The translations under genes were made by a program, and so were the position numbers. Of a stretch of 64,000 nucleotides of DNA, positions 1-10,165 are shown in pieces. The DNA comes from an uncultured Bacteroidaceae bacterium (GTDB lineage: Bacteria > Bacteroidota > Bacteroidia > Bacteroidales > GCA-2748055): positions 326 through 64,325 of the forward strand of contig CAZNFR010000003.1 in NCBI GenBank assembly GCA_964572225.1. Reading direction: 5' to 3'. Within the stretch, counting starts at the first letter, position 1. Each line of letters starts with the position of its first letter. The notes beneath the pieces were generated by a model. The model had not been told where the DNA came from. It saw only the letters and a program-made list of their open reading frames with translations, and made no database searches.

Positions 1-449
1 CCGGGTTTTGATCCGGTAGGGTTCATCATTTCCGCGATCCATCCCGGGGGCAGTGTGCAGTCTGCATCGGTGGTCAGGATCCATGAATGCCTGGCTTCCC
101 CGACTCCGCTGAGGAGAGCCTGCTTTTTACCGGGGTTGTAGCTGTTTCGGATCAACTTCCAGCCTGGTTCATCCCGGATCAATCGCTGTAAATTTTCAAA
201 ACCTGTGTCCCGGGAATGATCATCCACGAAGATGATCTCACGCCGGGAGTTTGGAAAAGTCTGACTTTTGAGGGAATCGACGAGCCCGGCAAGGTTTTTT
301 TCCTCATCTCTGAAAGGGATCACGATGCTGAACGGAAATTGGCTATCCCCAGGGGGAGAGGGTCGAAATTTTCTTACCAGTGCAAGAAACAGAATGATTC
401 CGGCCAAGGAATAGATCCCAAGAATGATTTGTATAATAAGAATGACCAT
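1..449 (-). CDS. Glycosyltransferase family 2, N-terminal part; the gene runs off the left edge of the window
   Basis: This CDS is absent from the ORF track because it is open at the window edge. Manual reverse-strand translation from the ATG at 447-449 gives MVILIIQIILGIYSLAGIILFLALVRKFRPSPPGDSQFPFSIVIPFRDEEKNLAGLVDSLKSQTFPNSRREIIFVDDHSRDTGF...ILTTDADC. It shows an N-terminal TM helix plus GT2 signatures (IVIPxxxE, VDDxS, DxD). Confidence 0.8.
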   Translation of the reverse strand, partial: MVILIIQIILGIYSLAGIILFLALVRKFRPSPPGDSQFPFSIVIPFRDEEKNLAGLVDSLKSQTFPNSRREIIFVDDHSRDTGFENLQRLIRDEPGWKLIRNSYNPGKKQALLSGVGEARHSWILTTDADCTLPPGWIAEMMNPTGSKP

Positions 450-459
450 ATTTCAGGAG

Positions 460-3400
460 CTACAGATTTTCTTCGATCAGGGGCAGGAGCTTATCGAGCA
501 CTATCGGTTTGGTAATATAATCGGCACATCCGGCCTGCAGACAGCGGTTCCGATCTTCATCCATGGCATTGGCGGTCTGGGCAATAACGGTTAATTCGGG
601 TCGGATCTTTTTAATTTCCACGGTTGCATCATATCCATTCATAACCGGAAGTTGTATATCCATAAGGACCAGTCCGATCTCCCCGTGCTCTTTAACCCTG
701 TCTATGGCTTCCTGGCCATTTTCTGCATGAAGTATGGTACATCCGGTTTTTCTGAGCGATATTTCCAGCAGTTTAAAACTGATGATGTTGTCCTCAACAA
801 TAAGAATGGTCAGGTTATCCCAGTGAAAATCGCCTGGAGAGGCTTTGATTTCCGGTACCTTGGCTACATATTTTTTAACGGGTTTGTAGGGAAGGGTAAA
901 ATAAAATACCGAACCCTCATTTTCCCTGGATTCAACCCAGATCTCTCCTCCCATAGCATGGACAAATCCCCTGGAAATGGCGAGTCCGAGACCGGAGCCC
1001 CCGTAAGGACGGGTGAGCGATTGGTCGGCCTGTGTAAAACGGTCGAATATAACCTTTAACTTCTCCATCGGAATCCCGATTCCGGTGTCTCTAACATAAA
1101 ATAGCAAATCCCCCTGTTTGTCCTGCTTATATCCAAATTCCACTTCCCCTTCCTGGGTGAACTTAATGGCATTCCCGATAAGATTGATAAGGACCTGTCT
1201 GATCTTGGTCTTATCGCTGTATATAAAGGAATCATTGTCTTCAAATCCCGGACTGTATTTAAGTTCGAGGGTTTCCTTTTGTTTTACCATTTTTTCTGCC
1301 AGAATGAAGCAATGAAGTTCGTTCATCAGGGAGTTCAGGGAAAACTCAGACTCATTCAGGTCGATCTGGCTTGACTCAATCTTGGAAATATCGATGATAT
1401 CGTTAACAAGTCCGAGCAAAAGCTTACCGTTGGAATTTACCATGGACAGATATTCGGAACGGGTTTTTTCATCCAGATCCGATTTCATAAGCATATCGGT
1501 AAGCCCGAGAATGCCGTTCATGGGGGTACGGATCTCATGAGACATATTGGCGAGGAAGGCGGTTTTCAGCTTATCCGATTCCTCTGCCTTGGTTTTGGCT
1601 GAAATGAGATCATTTTCCAGCTGTCTCCGGTGAAGTGCAATGGTCGCCTGGTAAAGGAATGCCTCAATAAAATGCATATCCTGCAAACGCTTGGCTCGCG
1701 AGAGGATAAGAACGCTGCCGAAAAGTTTTTTATCCTTGCTAAGGGACATTCCAAAGAACCGGTTGATGCCGAGTTCCTTTTTAACCTTTTCGGAAACATC
1801 CTCCGGGATCAGTCCAAAGGTAGATTCCGAAAATCCTCCTGCAAATTCATATAAATGATCAGCATTTTGCCTTAAATGCCTGAGCATTTCCGGTCTGATC
1901 TCAAATCCAAATTCCTCTTCCCTCGTTCCCAGGTATTTCTTAAGGATCCTGATCTCGGTTTTATTGAATGAATTATAAACCATTTTCATGAAGTTTTCAT
2001 GATCATGGTACTGGTTGATCACAACCTCCACATCATCGATAAACTCTGTAAGTCTGAGTCCGATATAGGCAAAGATATTTTCATCGGAGGTCATGCTGAG
2101 AAAATCAAGTGCGGTATCACTCAGGTATACAAGCTTCGACTGGTAAGCTTTCTCCTGCTCCTCCGCTTTTTTTCGGTTGGTGATGTCAACCATTACACCC
2201 CTTATTCCTGCCCAGATACCGTCCTGGTATATGTTATTGGTGAACACAAGAACGGGGATCCGTTTACCGCTGCGGGAAATTACCGTATACTCTTTGCCCT
2301 GGAGCTCATTGCCGTAGCGCAGGTTCCAGAAGGATTCGTTGACTCTTTCCTTATCTTCAGGGGAGATCACCTCGAAAATATTGAGTCCCTTTTCGAAATC
2401 GTCCTGGTCGTACTCCATAATTTCGAAACCCTTAAGGTTTACATAGGTGACATTCCCCTCTGTATCCGTTTCGAACACCACTTCGGGTAAAAGGGTGATT
2501 ATATCCTTGAATTTCTCCTCACTTCTTTTCAGGGCCTGTTCAGAAAGCTTTTGTTCGGTTATATCCCGGGAAATACCGGTAATTCCGCTTACCTTCCCAT
2601 GCTCGTTAAAAACCGGAGCCTTATGTGTTTCAGAATAACGCTTTCCTTTGTAGCCATCCTCCACTTCATAAAAAAGGGCTGCTTTTCCGGTTCTGAGCAC
2701 TAGTCGGTCTTTTCGCAAATAATCTTTGGCCAGTCTTGGAGGACACAGTTCAAAATCTGTTTTCCCGATAATTTCCTCAACCGGTTTGCGATAGAAGTCT
2801 AAAAATGCTTGATTTACGGAAACATACCTCCCCTCCTTATCCTTAAGCCAGGCAAGATGAGGGATATTATCCAGAATAGCCTGCTGCCTTGACTGAGACT
2901 GCCGCAATTCCTCTTCCAGGTTTTTTATTTCACTAATATCGGTTGAAACGGAAACAATCCTGTAGGTTTGTCCGTGATCATTCCAAACCGGATAACTGCG
3001 CTGCCAAATCCAGGAGATTTCGTCATCCTTTTTTATGATCCGGTACTGCTCATCGAAGATGAAGGTGCTCTTATAGGTTTTTGAAGAAAAAACCTTCTCG
3101 ATTCTTATTTTATCATCCGGATGGATGTAATTCCGGTAAGCCCAGGGGTTCTTTCGTAATTCTTCCCTTGATATACCGTACACACTCTCGAAAGCCGGAT
3201 TCGCATAGACTACTTTATTTCCATCAATAAGGATAAAAGAGTCGTTGGTATTTTCGGCCAGTTCACGGAACTTCTCCTCCCCATCGATCAAAGCCTGTTC
3301 ATAGCCTTTTCGCTCACTTATGTCTCTTGCAAAGGTCGCAATTCCATTTACTTTATCACCATTCCTTCCCCAAAGGGGTAATTTTATGATTTCATGCCAT

Positions 3401-3858
3401 CTTGGACCTTCCCTGACTGGAAAAAGGGCTTCCTTTATACTTTGTTTACCGGTATTCATTACCAGAAGGTCCTCAGATTCAAAGATCCCGGCGGTGACGG
3501 CAGGAAAGAGGTCATGGTCCGATTTTCCGATAATATCCTTTGCCTCCCGGCCTATCATTCTTGCAAAAGCCTTATTGCAGCGTGTGTAGATCCCTTTTTT
3601 ATTCTTGGCCCACATCAGGAGGGGGATCTCATTAAAAAACTTCTCGTTGAATGGTTGCCCGGAAAAGATCCCGTCCAGGTCGCTCATCGGATCCATGGAA
3701 GGCATGCTTCCCGGCCTGATCCCTTCTTTTTTCAGAATTATCTTCTTCAGAAGTTCATTTTCCTCTTTCAATCTGAGAAGTTCAGACTCTGTATTCAGGG
3801 TCGTTCGCAATTTTTTCTCATTTTCTTTTCCGGCCATATTTCCTTTTGTCTTTCCCAC
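460..3858 (-). CDS. Hybrid sensor histidine kinase/response regulator with multiple PAS domains and no obvious TM segment
   Basis: 1132 aa with a GTG start. It carries several PAS-like repeats (DISERK, DISEIK, DITEQK, DITNRK ends), an H-box FLANMSHEIRTPMNGILG, an HATPase_c region (DTGIGI, GGSGLGLAI) and a C-terminal receiver (ILIVEDN...LMDIQLP...TA). Confidence 0.9.
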   Translation of the reverse strand: MGKTKGNMAGKENEKKLRTTLNTESELLRLKEENELLKKIILKKEGIRPGSMPSMDPMSDLDGIFSGQPFNEKFFNEIPLLMWAKNKKGIYTRCNKAFARMIGREAKDIIGKSDHDLFPAVTAGIFESEDLLVMNTGKQSIKEALFPVREGPRWHEIIKLPLWGRNGDKVNGIATFARDISERKGYEQALIDGEEKFRELAENTNDSFILIDGNKVVYANPAFESVYGISREELRKNPWAYRNYIHPDDKIRIEKVFSSKTYKSTFIFDEQYRIIKKDDEISWIWQRSYPVWNDHGQTYRIVSVSTDISEIKNLEEELRQSQSRQQAILDNIPHLAWLKDKEGRYVSVNQAFLDFYRKPVEEIIGKTDFELCPPRLAKDYLRKDRLVLRTGKAALFYEVEDGYKGKRYSETHKAPVFNEHGKVSGITGISRDITEQKLSEQALKRSEEKFKDIITLLPEVVFETDTEGNVTYVNLKGFEIMEYDQDDFEKGLNIFEVISPEDKERVNESFWNLRYGNELQGKEYTVISRSGKRIPVLVFTNNIYQDGIWAGIRGVMVDITNRKKAEEQEKAYQSKLVYLSDTALDFLSMTSDENIFAYIGLRLTEFIDDVEVVINQYHDHENFMKMVYNSFNKTEIRILKKYLGTREEEFGFEIRPEMLRHLRQNADHLYEFAGGFSESTFGLIPEDVSEKVKKELGINRFFGMSLSKDKKLFGSVLILSRAKRLQDMHFIEAFLYQATIALHRRQLENDLISAKTKAEESDKLKTAFLANMSHEIRTPMNGILGLTDMLMKSDLDEKTRSEYLSMVNSNGKLLLGLVNDIIDISKIESSQIDLNESEFSLNSLMNELHCFILAEKMVKQKETLELKYSPGFEDNDSFIYSDKTKIRQVLINLIGNAIKFTQEGEVEFGYKQDKQGDLLFYVRDTGIGIPMEKLKVIFDRFTQADQSLTRPYGGSGLGLAISRGFVHAMGGEIWVESRENEGSVFYFTLPYKPVKKYVAKVPEIKASPGDFHWDNLTILIVEDNIISFKLLEISLRKTGCTILHAENGQEAIDRVKEHGEIGLVLMDIQLPVMNGYDATVEIKKIRPELTVIAQTANAMDEDRNRCLQAGCADYITKPIVLDKLLPLIEENL

Positions 3859-3869
3859 CTTTCAAAGAT

Positions 3870-5372
3870 TTATGCCAGTATGACTCCAACAATGGTTGCC
3901 GATAGCAGGGAAGCAAGGGTACCGGCAAGGAATGCTCTCATTCCCAGGCGTGCTGCCATCGCTTTTTTTCCAGGCGCAAGTGAACTTATGGCTCCCACAA
4001 GCATCCCAATGGAAGCAAAATTAGCAAATCCGCACAGGATATAGGTCGACATGATCACAGATCGGGGATCGTGGAAAAGTCCTGCCGTTTTGAATTCTGC
4101 AAGTCGGATATAACCAATAAACTCCGTCATGATGATTTTTTCGCCCAAAAGGGTTCCTGCAAGGGTTATATCCTGGGAATCTATACCAATTAACCACATC
4201 AAAGGGGACATCAGGTATCCGAGAATAAACTGCATTGACAGATGATCGTATCTCCCCTTGCTGATGCCGGCTACCCAATCATTCAACCCGGTCCAGTCAC
4301 CGATCTGCAGGAAAAAATAGTTAAACATGGCAATAAATGCAAGAAAAACGAGCAACATTGAACCAATAATTACGGCCAGCTTAACTCCCTGAAAGGTTCC
4401 GTTATTCAATGCCTCCAATACGTTTCCACCTATTCTGTCCATAGAAACGCTTGCATCACGCGTGATCTCTTCAGTCTGGGGCTCAAGGATCTTGGCGATT
4501 ACCACCACTCCGGGAGCAGCCATAACCGAAGCTGCCAGCAGGTGGCGTGCAAACTCAATTCTCTGAACCGGATCATCTCCACCCAGAAAGTTAATATATA
4601 ATGCCAGAACACCTCCTGCCATGGTTGCCAGACCTGCCGACATAACCAGCATGATTTCCGAACGGTTCATCTTTTCCAGATAAGCTTTGATCATAAGGGG
4701 AGATTCGGCCTGTCCGATAAATATATTGGCCGTTACCGCCAGGCTTTCAGCACCGGATATCTTAAGAAACCGCAATAAGACTCTCGCGAACAACCATACC
4801 ACCTTTTGTATGATTCCAAAATAAAAGAGTACGGAGGTAAGGGCTGAAAAGAAAATAATGGTTGGTAGAATTCTGATGGCAAAATTCTGTAATGGCTGTT
4901 CGATTTTTTGAGTAGCCATGGATCTGAAAAGAAATTCTGTACCGGCATCGGTAAAATCCAGGATCTTTACAAATGCCTTTCCGCCAAAATCAAAAACTGC
5001 CTGAACTGCAGGAACCTGAAGGATCAAAAGGGCAAGAATAATCTGGAATGACAGCCCCAATAAAACAGTCCTCCAGTCAATGTTTCTCCGGTTTCTACTA
5101 AAAAGCAAGGAAATAAGCAAAATGGAAAAAATACCCAGCAGGCCTCTTGCCAGCCTTAGCATACTGAATTCAAAATCATTTCTCGGTGGAATGAGGTTGG
5201 CGTTGCGGACTTTCTCAATTTCTGTTTGAGAAGTAGAAGGACCAGCGGTCAGACTGTCTGGAGGTTGTTGAACCGGGTTTGCCAGGACATCCGGAGCCTG
5301 GAAAAGAAACAAGAATAGAATCATGATGGTTCCGAAGCCGAAGAAGTTAACCCTGCCCTTCATGAAAGTCAA
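3870..5372 (-). CDS. nupC: Concentrative nucleoside transporter (NupC/CNT family)
   Basis: 500 aa and polytopic. CNT-like motifs are IFIGQAESPLMIKAYL, MSAGLATMAGGVLALY and GFANFASIGM. The track start at 5372 is TTG; an in-frame ATG at 5363 is an alternative start. Confidence 0.85.
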   Translation of the reverse strand: MTFMKGRVNFFGFGTIMILFLFLFQAPDVLANPVQQPPDSLTAGPSTSQTEIEKVRNANLIPPRNDFEFSMLRLARGLLGIFSILLISLLFSRNRRNIDWRTVLLGLSFQIILALLILQVPAVQAVFDFGGKAFVKILDFTDAGTEFLFRSMATQKIEQPLQNFAIRILPTIIFFSALTSVLFYFGIIQKVVWLFARVLLRFLKISGAESLAVTANIFIGQAESPLMIKAYLEKMNRSEIMLVMSAGLATMAGGVLALYINFLGGDDPVQRIEFARHLLAASVMAAPGVVVIAKILEPQTEEITRDASVSMDRIGGNVLEALNNGTFQGVKLAVIIGSMLLVFLAFIAMFNYFFLQIGDWTGLNDWVAGISKGRYDHLSMQFILGYLMSPLMWLIGIDSQDITLAGTLLGEKIIMTEFIGYIRLAEFKTAGLFHDPRSVIMSTYILCGFANFASIGMLVGAISSLAPGKKAMAARLGMRAFLAGTLASLLSATIVGVILA

Positions 5373-5986
5373 TTATTTTGTCTACGCTCAATTTCCTCTT
5401 TTATCATGGAGGCCTTTTCGTAATCTTCTTCGCTAATGGCCTTTTCCATCATCTTTTTGAGCTCTTCAACTCCGTACTTGCTGTATTCCCGGGATCCATA
5501 GGAATAGCCTGACTTCTTGGTGCTTTTCTTTTCCACCGGATCTTTCTTTTCTTCCATGTTCCCGGTTTCCTTGTCGAAATCGAGTACAATCCCTGCCTTG
5601 GTGATAATCTCCTCTGTTGTATAAATGGGGCATTTAAACCGGAGGGCAAGGGCAATGGCATCTGAGGTCCTTGCATCAAGAGTAATCTTTTCCGATCCGT
5701 TGTCACATAAGAGCTGGGAATAAAAGACCCCTTCTTCCAGTTTATACACGATTACCTCATTGATCCCTATACCATAAACCCTGGCAAAGCTGAGAAAAAG
5801 ATCATGAGTCAGAGGTCGTGGGGGTTTCAGACCTTCAAGTTCGATTGCAATTGCCTGCGCTTCAAAACCTCCAACAATGATGGGAATTCTCCGGTCTCCG
5901 TCTTCCTCAGTGAGGATCAGTGCATACGCACCCGATTGAGTCTGGCTGTAAGATATTCCCAGAACGTTTAATTTAATCATACTCAT
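5369..5986 (-). CDS. Bifunctional nuclease family protein (DNase/RNase fold) with a C-terminal UVR motif
   Basis: 205 aa. The N-terminus LNVLGISYSQTQSGAYALILTEEDGDRRIPIIVGGFEAQAIAIELEG...RPLTHDL is typical of the bifunctional nuclease (DUF151) family. The C-terminal EEDYEKASMIKEEIERR is UVR-like. Confidence 0.75.
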   Translation of the reverse strand: MSMIKLNVLGISYSQTQSGAYALILTEEDGDRRIPIIVGGFEAQAIAIELEGLKPPRPLTHDLFLSFARVYGIGINEVIVYKLEEGVFYSQLLCDNGSEKITLDARTSDAIALALRFKCPIYTTEEIITKAGIVLDFDKETGNMEEKKDPVEKKSTKKSGYSYGSREYSKYGVEELKKMMEKAISEEDYEKASMIKEEIERRQNN

Positions 5987-6348
5987 GAAATTCTTCGTAG
6001 AAAAATATAAGTTAAAGGCAAATATAGTGATTTACTTCCAACCAACAGGATTACCATGGAAGGGAATTAAATGTGGGGAAACCCTGTTAGGGAAAAGTTT
6101 CCTCTATACCGGTTATTACAGATTTAGAAATCAAATTATGGTCTTATTTTTGAACTGGCACCGCAGGTGTTGCAATTTAAACAAATGAAGATTGGATAGG
6201 TTTTACTAAACGGGGATTATTTCCTCCGACAGCTAAAAAAGTAGGATTTAACGATTTGATCTTTGCATTGTTATGGCTAAAATCATCAGCCTTATACCAA
6301 AGGACTCATTAAAACCCATGGAAAATAAATTTTTCGCGGTCTAATACT

Positions 6349-6378
6349 TTGTTAATCAAGAGAACTTTTATATTTTTG
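6349..6378 (+). promoter_or_regulatory. Candidate Bacteroidota-type promoter for rplU-rpmA
   Basis: TTG at 6349-6351, a 19-nt spacer, then TATTTTTG (TAnnTTTG, -7 box) at 6371-6378, 37 nt upstream of the rplU ATG. Confidence 0.4.
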
Positions 6379-6414
6379 CACTCCGTTTAGAAAAGAAACT
6401 TTAAATTTACGATA

Positions 6415-7050
6415 ATGTACGCAATTGTTGAAATAGCAGGACAGCAGTTCAAGGTTGAAAAAGACCAAAAAATATATGTACACCGGCTCGAAGGTGAAAC
6501 CGGTTCGAGTGTGGAATTTGACAATGTATTATTAATTGATACGGATAAAGATGTCATTGTAGGTGCACCTGTTATTTCCGGAGCCATGGTGACCGCCAAA
6601 ATCCTGGATCACATGAAGGGTGACAAGGTACTTGTTTTCAAAAAGAAAAGAAGAAAAGGCTATCAGAAACTGAATGGTCACCGTCAATATTTTACTCAGA
6701 TTCAGATTGAGAACATCGTAGAAAAAGGAGCGGCCCCGAAAAAAGAAGAACCGAAAAAAGAAGCCTCCGCAAAGCCTGAGTCTACAAAACCACAGGCTGA
6801 AAAGAAGGAAACAAAGAAAGCAGTTTCTCCCGCAAGTGAGCCCAAAGCTACTACTACGAAAAAGTCTGAAAAGGTCCCTGCTGCAGAGAAAAAAGCCACA
6901 ACAAAAGCTACAGGAACAAAAACCGGAGCCACCGAGAAAAAGACAGCACCTAAATCTGCAGCTGCCACCGGAACCAAAAAGAAAGTGGAAAAAAAACCAG
7001 AGGAACTCAAAAAGGATGAAGGGGACAAAAAAGGTAACCCTACCGAATAA
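6415..7050 (+). CDS. rplU: 50S ribosomal protein L21 with a roughly 108-aa Lys/Ala/Thr/Glu-rich C-terminal extension
   Basis: [27 protein letters not shown]...[23 protein letters not shown] is canonical L21. It is followed by low-complexity sequence, [27 protein letters not shown]... Confidence 0.95.
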   Translation: MYAIVEIAGQQFKVEKDQKIYVHRLEGETGSSVEFDNVLLIDTDKDVIVGAPVISGAMVTAKILDHMKGDKVLVFKKKRRKGYQKLNGHRQYFTQIQIENIVEKGAAPKKEEPKKEASAKPESTKPQAEKKETKKAVSPASEPKATTTKKSEKVPAAEKKATTKATGTKTGATEKKTAPKSAAATGTKKKVEKKPEELKKDEGDKKGNPTE

Positions 7051-7077
7051 TGCAAACACCTAAAAAATTATAATATT

Positions 7078-7335
7078 ATGGCACATAAGAAAGGAGCAGG
7101 TAGTTCAAGGAACGGTCGTGAATCAGAAAGCAAACGACTTGGCATCAAGCTTTTCGGAGGTCAGGACGTTAAAGCAGGCAACATTCTCGTACGGCAGAGA
7201 GGCACCCAGCACCATCCTGGCGAAAACGTTGGCATTGGAAAAGATCACACCCTCTACGCGCTGATTGATGGCAAGGTGGAATTCAAAAGAAAACAGGGGG
7301 ATCGTTCTTTTGTAAATATCATACCTGCCGAATAA
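7078..7335 (+). CDS. rpmA: 50S ribosomal protein L27
   Basis: [29 protein letters not shown]...[10 protein letters not shown] is a canonical L27 sequence. Confidence 0.97.
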   Translation: MAHKKGAGSSRNGRESESKRLGIKLFGGQDVKAGNILVRQRGTQHHPGENVGIGKDHTLYALIDGKVEFKRKQGDRSFVNIIPAE

Positions 7336-7364
7336 AAATTTCAAAAAACCTTATGGTGAAAAAT

Positions 7365-7409
7365 CTCCTTTAAACTGTACCTTTATACAGTCTGAAGGAG
7401 TTTTTTTTT
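7365..7409 (+). terminator. Rho-independent terminator after rpmA
   Basis: Hairpin CTCCTTtaaACTGTAcctttaTACAGTctgAAGGAG (7365-7400) followed by T9 (7401-7409). Confidence 0.75.
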
Positions 7410-7426
7410 GCCCAAAAGCCCGCTTT

Positions 7427-8707
7427 ATGCTAATTCTGAGCTATATTAAAGAAAATCGTGACCAGGTCATATCCCGTTTAAAAATTAAAAACTTTGATGC
7501 TGAAAAGATCATTGATGAAGTGCTTTCCCTGGATACCAGCCGAAGAGAACTGCAGGCAGCCAACGATTCCAGGCAGGCTGAAATGAATGCACTATCAAAG
7601 GAGATCGGTCAGCTTTTCAAGGCGGGAGAAAAAGAAAAAGCGGAAGAAGCAAAAAACAAAACTACCCGGCTAAAGGAATCCATTGCCACCGACAGTAAGC
7701 AATTATCTGAGATTAAAAGACTACTTGCGGAAAAACTTACCCAGATTCCCAATCTTCCTCATAACTCGGTGCCTTCAGGAAAGAGTGCTGAGGATAATGA
7801 GCTTGTCAGGAAAAATGAATTCATTCCCGATTTACCTGAAAATCCACTCCCCCATTGGGAGTTAGGAGCTAAATTCGGTCTTTTGGATTTCGAGTTGGGA
7901 AACAAGATAACCGGAGCCGGTTTCCCTGTATATCGTGGTAAAGGAGCAAAACTTCAAAGGGCGTTGATCAGCTTCTTTTTGGATGAAAATGAAAAAGCAG
8001 GCTATACGGAATTTTTACCCCCTTTGCTGGTAAACGAGGACTCGGGATTTGGTACCGGTCAGCTTCCGGATAAGGAAGGACAAATGTACCATGTTAAAGA
8101 GGATAACCTATATCTCATTCCTACCGCCGAGGTACCATTGACCAACCTATACCGGGATGTGATTCTTGATGAAAGTGATCTGCCAGTTCTCAATACGGCA
8201 TACACTCCCTGCTTCAGGCGGGAAGCAGGTTCCTACGGAAAGGATGTCCGCGGACTCAATCGTTTGCACCAATTCGATAAGGTGGAAATTGTCCGGATTG
8301 AGCATCCCGATCATTCCTACGCTGCGCTGGAAACGATGGTGGATCATGTGGAGGCTCTGGTACAAAAGCTTGGACTTCCCTACCGAATCCTAAAACTTTG
8401 CGGCGGGGATATGAGCTTTACCTCTGCGCTCACCTATGATTTTGAAATATGGTCAGGGGCCCAGAAACGCTGGCTGGAAGTAAGTTCTGTTTCCAACTTT
8501 GAAGATTACCAGGCCAATCGCCTCAAGCTCAGATTCAGGGACAAAGAGTCCGGAAAAAACCGGATTGCACATACCCTGAATGGATCTGCGCTGGCTCTTC
8601 CACGCATAGTTGCAGGTATTCTGGAAAACAATCAGACCAGGGAGGGCATAAGGATCCCCGAAGTCCTGGCACCCTATACCGGTTTTGACTTAATTTCCCA
8701 GGATTAA
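7427..8707 (+). CDS. serS: Seryl-tRNA synthetase
   Basis: 426 aa. It has an N-terminal coiled-coil arm and class II motifs (TPCFRREAGSYGKDVRGLNRLHQFDKVE, GSALALPR). Confidence 0.95.
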   Translation: MLILSYIKENRDQVISRLKIKNFDAEKIIDEVLSLDTSRRELQAANDSRQAEMNALSKEIGQLFKAGEKEKAEEAKNKTTRLKESIATDSKQLSEIKRLLAEKLTQIPNLPHNSVPSGKSAEDNELVRKNEFIPDLPENPLPHWELGAKFGLLDFELGNKITGAGFPVYRGKGAKLQRALISFFLDENEKAGYTEFLPPLLVNEDSGFGTGQLPDKEGQMYHVKEDNLYLIPTAEVPLTNLYRDVILDESDLPVLNTAYTPCFRREAGSYGKDVRGLNRLHQFDKVEIVRIEHPDHSYAALETMVDHVEALVQKLGLPYRILKLCGGDMSFTSALTYDFEIWSGAQKRWLEVSSVSNFEDYQANRLKLRFRDKESGKNRIAHTLNGSALALPRIVAGILENNQTREGIRIPEVLAPYTGFDLISQD

Positions 8708-8713
8708 TCCCTT

Positions 8714-9637
8714 ATGAGTTCGCAGGCAAAAGCATATATTTTTGCCGCTGCAACCATTCTTTTCTGGAGCACGGTTGCCACAGCCTTCAAGCTGGCTCTT
8801 GTGGATCAGAGACCACTTCAGGTTCTCCTGGTTGCCACTTTAACGGCAACCCTGATATTCCTGACTTCCCTGGCTATGCAGGGAAAACTGAAAATCATAA
8901 AACAACAGACCTTGAAGCAATGGAGTTACTCCATGCTTATGGGTCTTATAAATCCTTTCCTTTATTACCTCCTTCTTTTCAGGGCCTATTCGCAATTGCC
9001 GGCACAGGTGGCCCAGCCCCTGAATATGATCTGGCCCATTGTCCTGGTACTGATTTCGGTCCCTCTCCTGGGACAAAAAATCGGCTTGAAAAGCATAATT
9101 GCTCTTTTCATTAGTTTTTCGGGGGTAGTGCTGGTATCTTCCCAGGGGGCGGGAGAAGCATTTGATCCATCTCAGGTACCTTTTATGCTGCTGGCTGTCA
9201 GTACCACAATTTTCTGGTCCTTCTTCTGGATCCTGAACGTCAGGGATAAAAGAGACGAAAGCCTCAAGCTGTTTATGAGCTTCCTGTTTTCCCTGGTTTA
9301 CCTCGGGGCTGCCAGCATTATTACAGGAGTTTTTCCGGAAGCGGATATCAGGAAACAGCTATTCAATATCTATATAGGCTTTTTTGAAATGGGACTGGCA
9401 TTCCTGTTTTGGCTCCGGGCTCTCAGTCTTTCTTCCACAACTGATAAAGTAAGCAATCTGATCTTCATAATTCCCTTTATATCCCTTATCTTTATCCATT
9501 TCCTGCTGGGAGAGGAGATATTCATGACGACGGTTTACGGTCTCCTGCTGGTGATTTTGGGGATCCTCATTCAAAGATCTGGAAAAACAATTGGGAAAAA
9601 TGCAAGACAAACCACAAAGGATAATACTGGGGATTGA
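8714..9637 (+). CDS. EamA/DMT family transporter
   Basis: 307 aa with about 10 predicted TM helices, showing the duplicated EamA-like architecture. Confidence 0.75.
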   Translation: MSSQAKAYIFAAATILFWSTVATAFKLALVDQRPLQVLLVATLTATLIFLTSLAMQGKLKIIKQQTLKQWSYSMLMGLINPFLYYLLLFRAYSQLPAQVAQPLNMIWPIVLVLISVPLLGQKIGLKSIIALFISFSGVVLVSSQGAGEAFDPSQVPFMLLAVSTTIFWSFFWILNVRDKRDESLKLFMSFLFSLVYLGAASIITGVFPEADIRKQLFNIYIGFFEMGLAFLFWLRALSLSSTTDKVSNLIFIIPFISLIFIHFLLGEEIFMTTVYGLLLVILGILIQRSGKTIGKNARQTTKDNTGD

Positions 9638-10157
9638 TCCCGGGACAAACATCATGGGATTTGGGATACTTGCCATCGAAAGCAAGCAACCCCGCTTAAT
9701 GCAGATGGGTGTGGTTAACCTCAACAAGCTCAGGGATCCCTACCTGAAGCTAAAAGAAATATTCAGGGAAACCATTCGCCTTATTGAAACCCATCTTCCG
9801 GATGAGCTTGCCATTGAAGCTCCATTTTACGGGAAAAATGTGCAAAGTATGCTTAAACTGGGAAGAGCCCAGGGAGTCGCTATTGCGGCGGCACTTTCCA
9901 GGGACCTACCCGTATTTGAATATGCCCCAAGGAAAATCAAAATGGCGATAACCGGGCGTGGAGCTGCTTCCAAAGAACAGGTTGCCGGCTTCCTTGAAAA
10001 AATACTCTCAATACCTGAGTTACCGGAAAACCTGGATGCAACAGACGGACTTGCTGTTGCACTCTGTCATTTTTATCAGGACAGGGCTATTAAAAGCAAT
10101 AAAAACTATTCAGGCTGGAGTGATTTTATCAAGAAGAACCCCGACAGGCTGGGTTAA
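9591..10157 (+). CDS. ruvC: Crossover junction endodeoxyribonuclease RuvC
   Basis: [16 protein letters not shown]...[26 protein letters not shown]...[11 protein letters not shown]. The start overlaps the 3' end of the EamA gene, so the exact start (9591 or 9600) is uncertain. Confidence 0.9.
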   Translation: MGKMQDKPQRIILGIDPGTNIMGFGILAIESKQPRLMQMGVVNLNKLRDPYLKLKEIFRETIRLIETHLPDELAIEAPFYGKNVQSMLKLGRAQGVAIAAALSRDLPVFEYAPRKIKMAITGRGAASKEQVAGFLEKILSIPELPENLDATDGLAVALCHFYQDRAIKSNKNYSGWSDFIKKNPDRLG

Positions 10158-10165
10158 AAGGGTCA

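Noticed and set aside
216-515. A 99-aa plus-strand ORF at the left end of the window.
   Set aside because: It lies antisense to a much better-supported GT2 glycosyltransferase frame (1-449, minus) and overlaps the 3' end of the histidine kinase. Its translation has no recognisable motifs.
3394-4044. A 216-aa plus-strand ORF spanning the kinase/nupC junction.
   Set aside because: It is antisense to two well-supported genes, with no motifs.
6001-6348. About 350 nt with no ORF between the nuclease operon and rplU, which raised the possibility of an ncRNA or ribosomal-protein leader.
   Set aside because: I could find only short, weak hairpins and no motif resembling a known leader, riboswitch, 6S RNA or tmRNA. 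The region probably just holds two divergent promoters. A covariance-model scan would be needed to say more.
6532-7059. Two long minus-strand ORFs (175 and 117 aa), rich in Phe/Cys/Ser/Leu.
   Set aside because: They are mirror images of the AAG/GAA-rich low-complexity tail of rplU and have non-protein-like composition.
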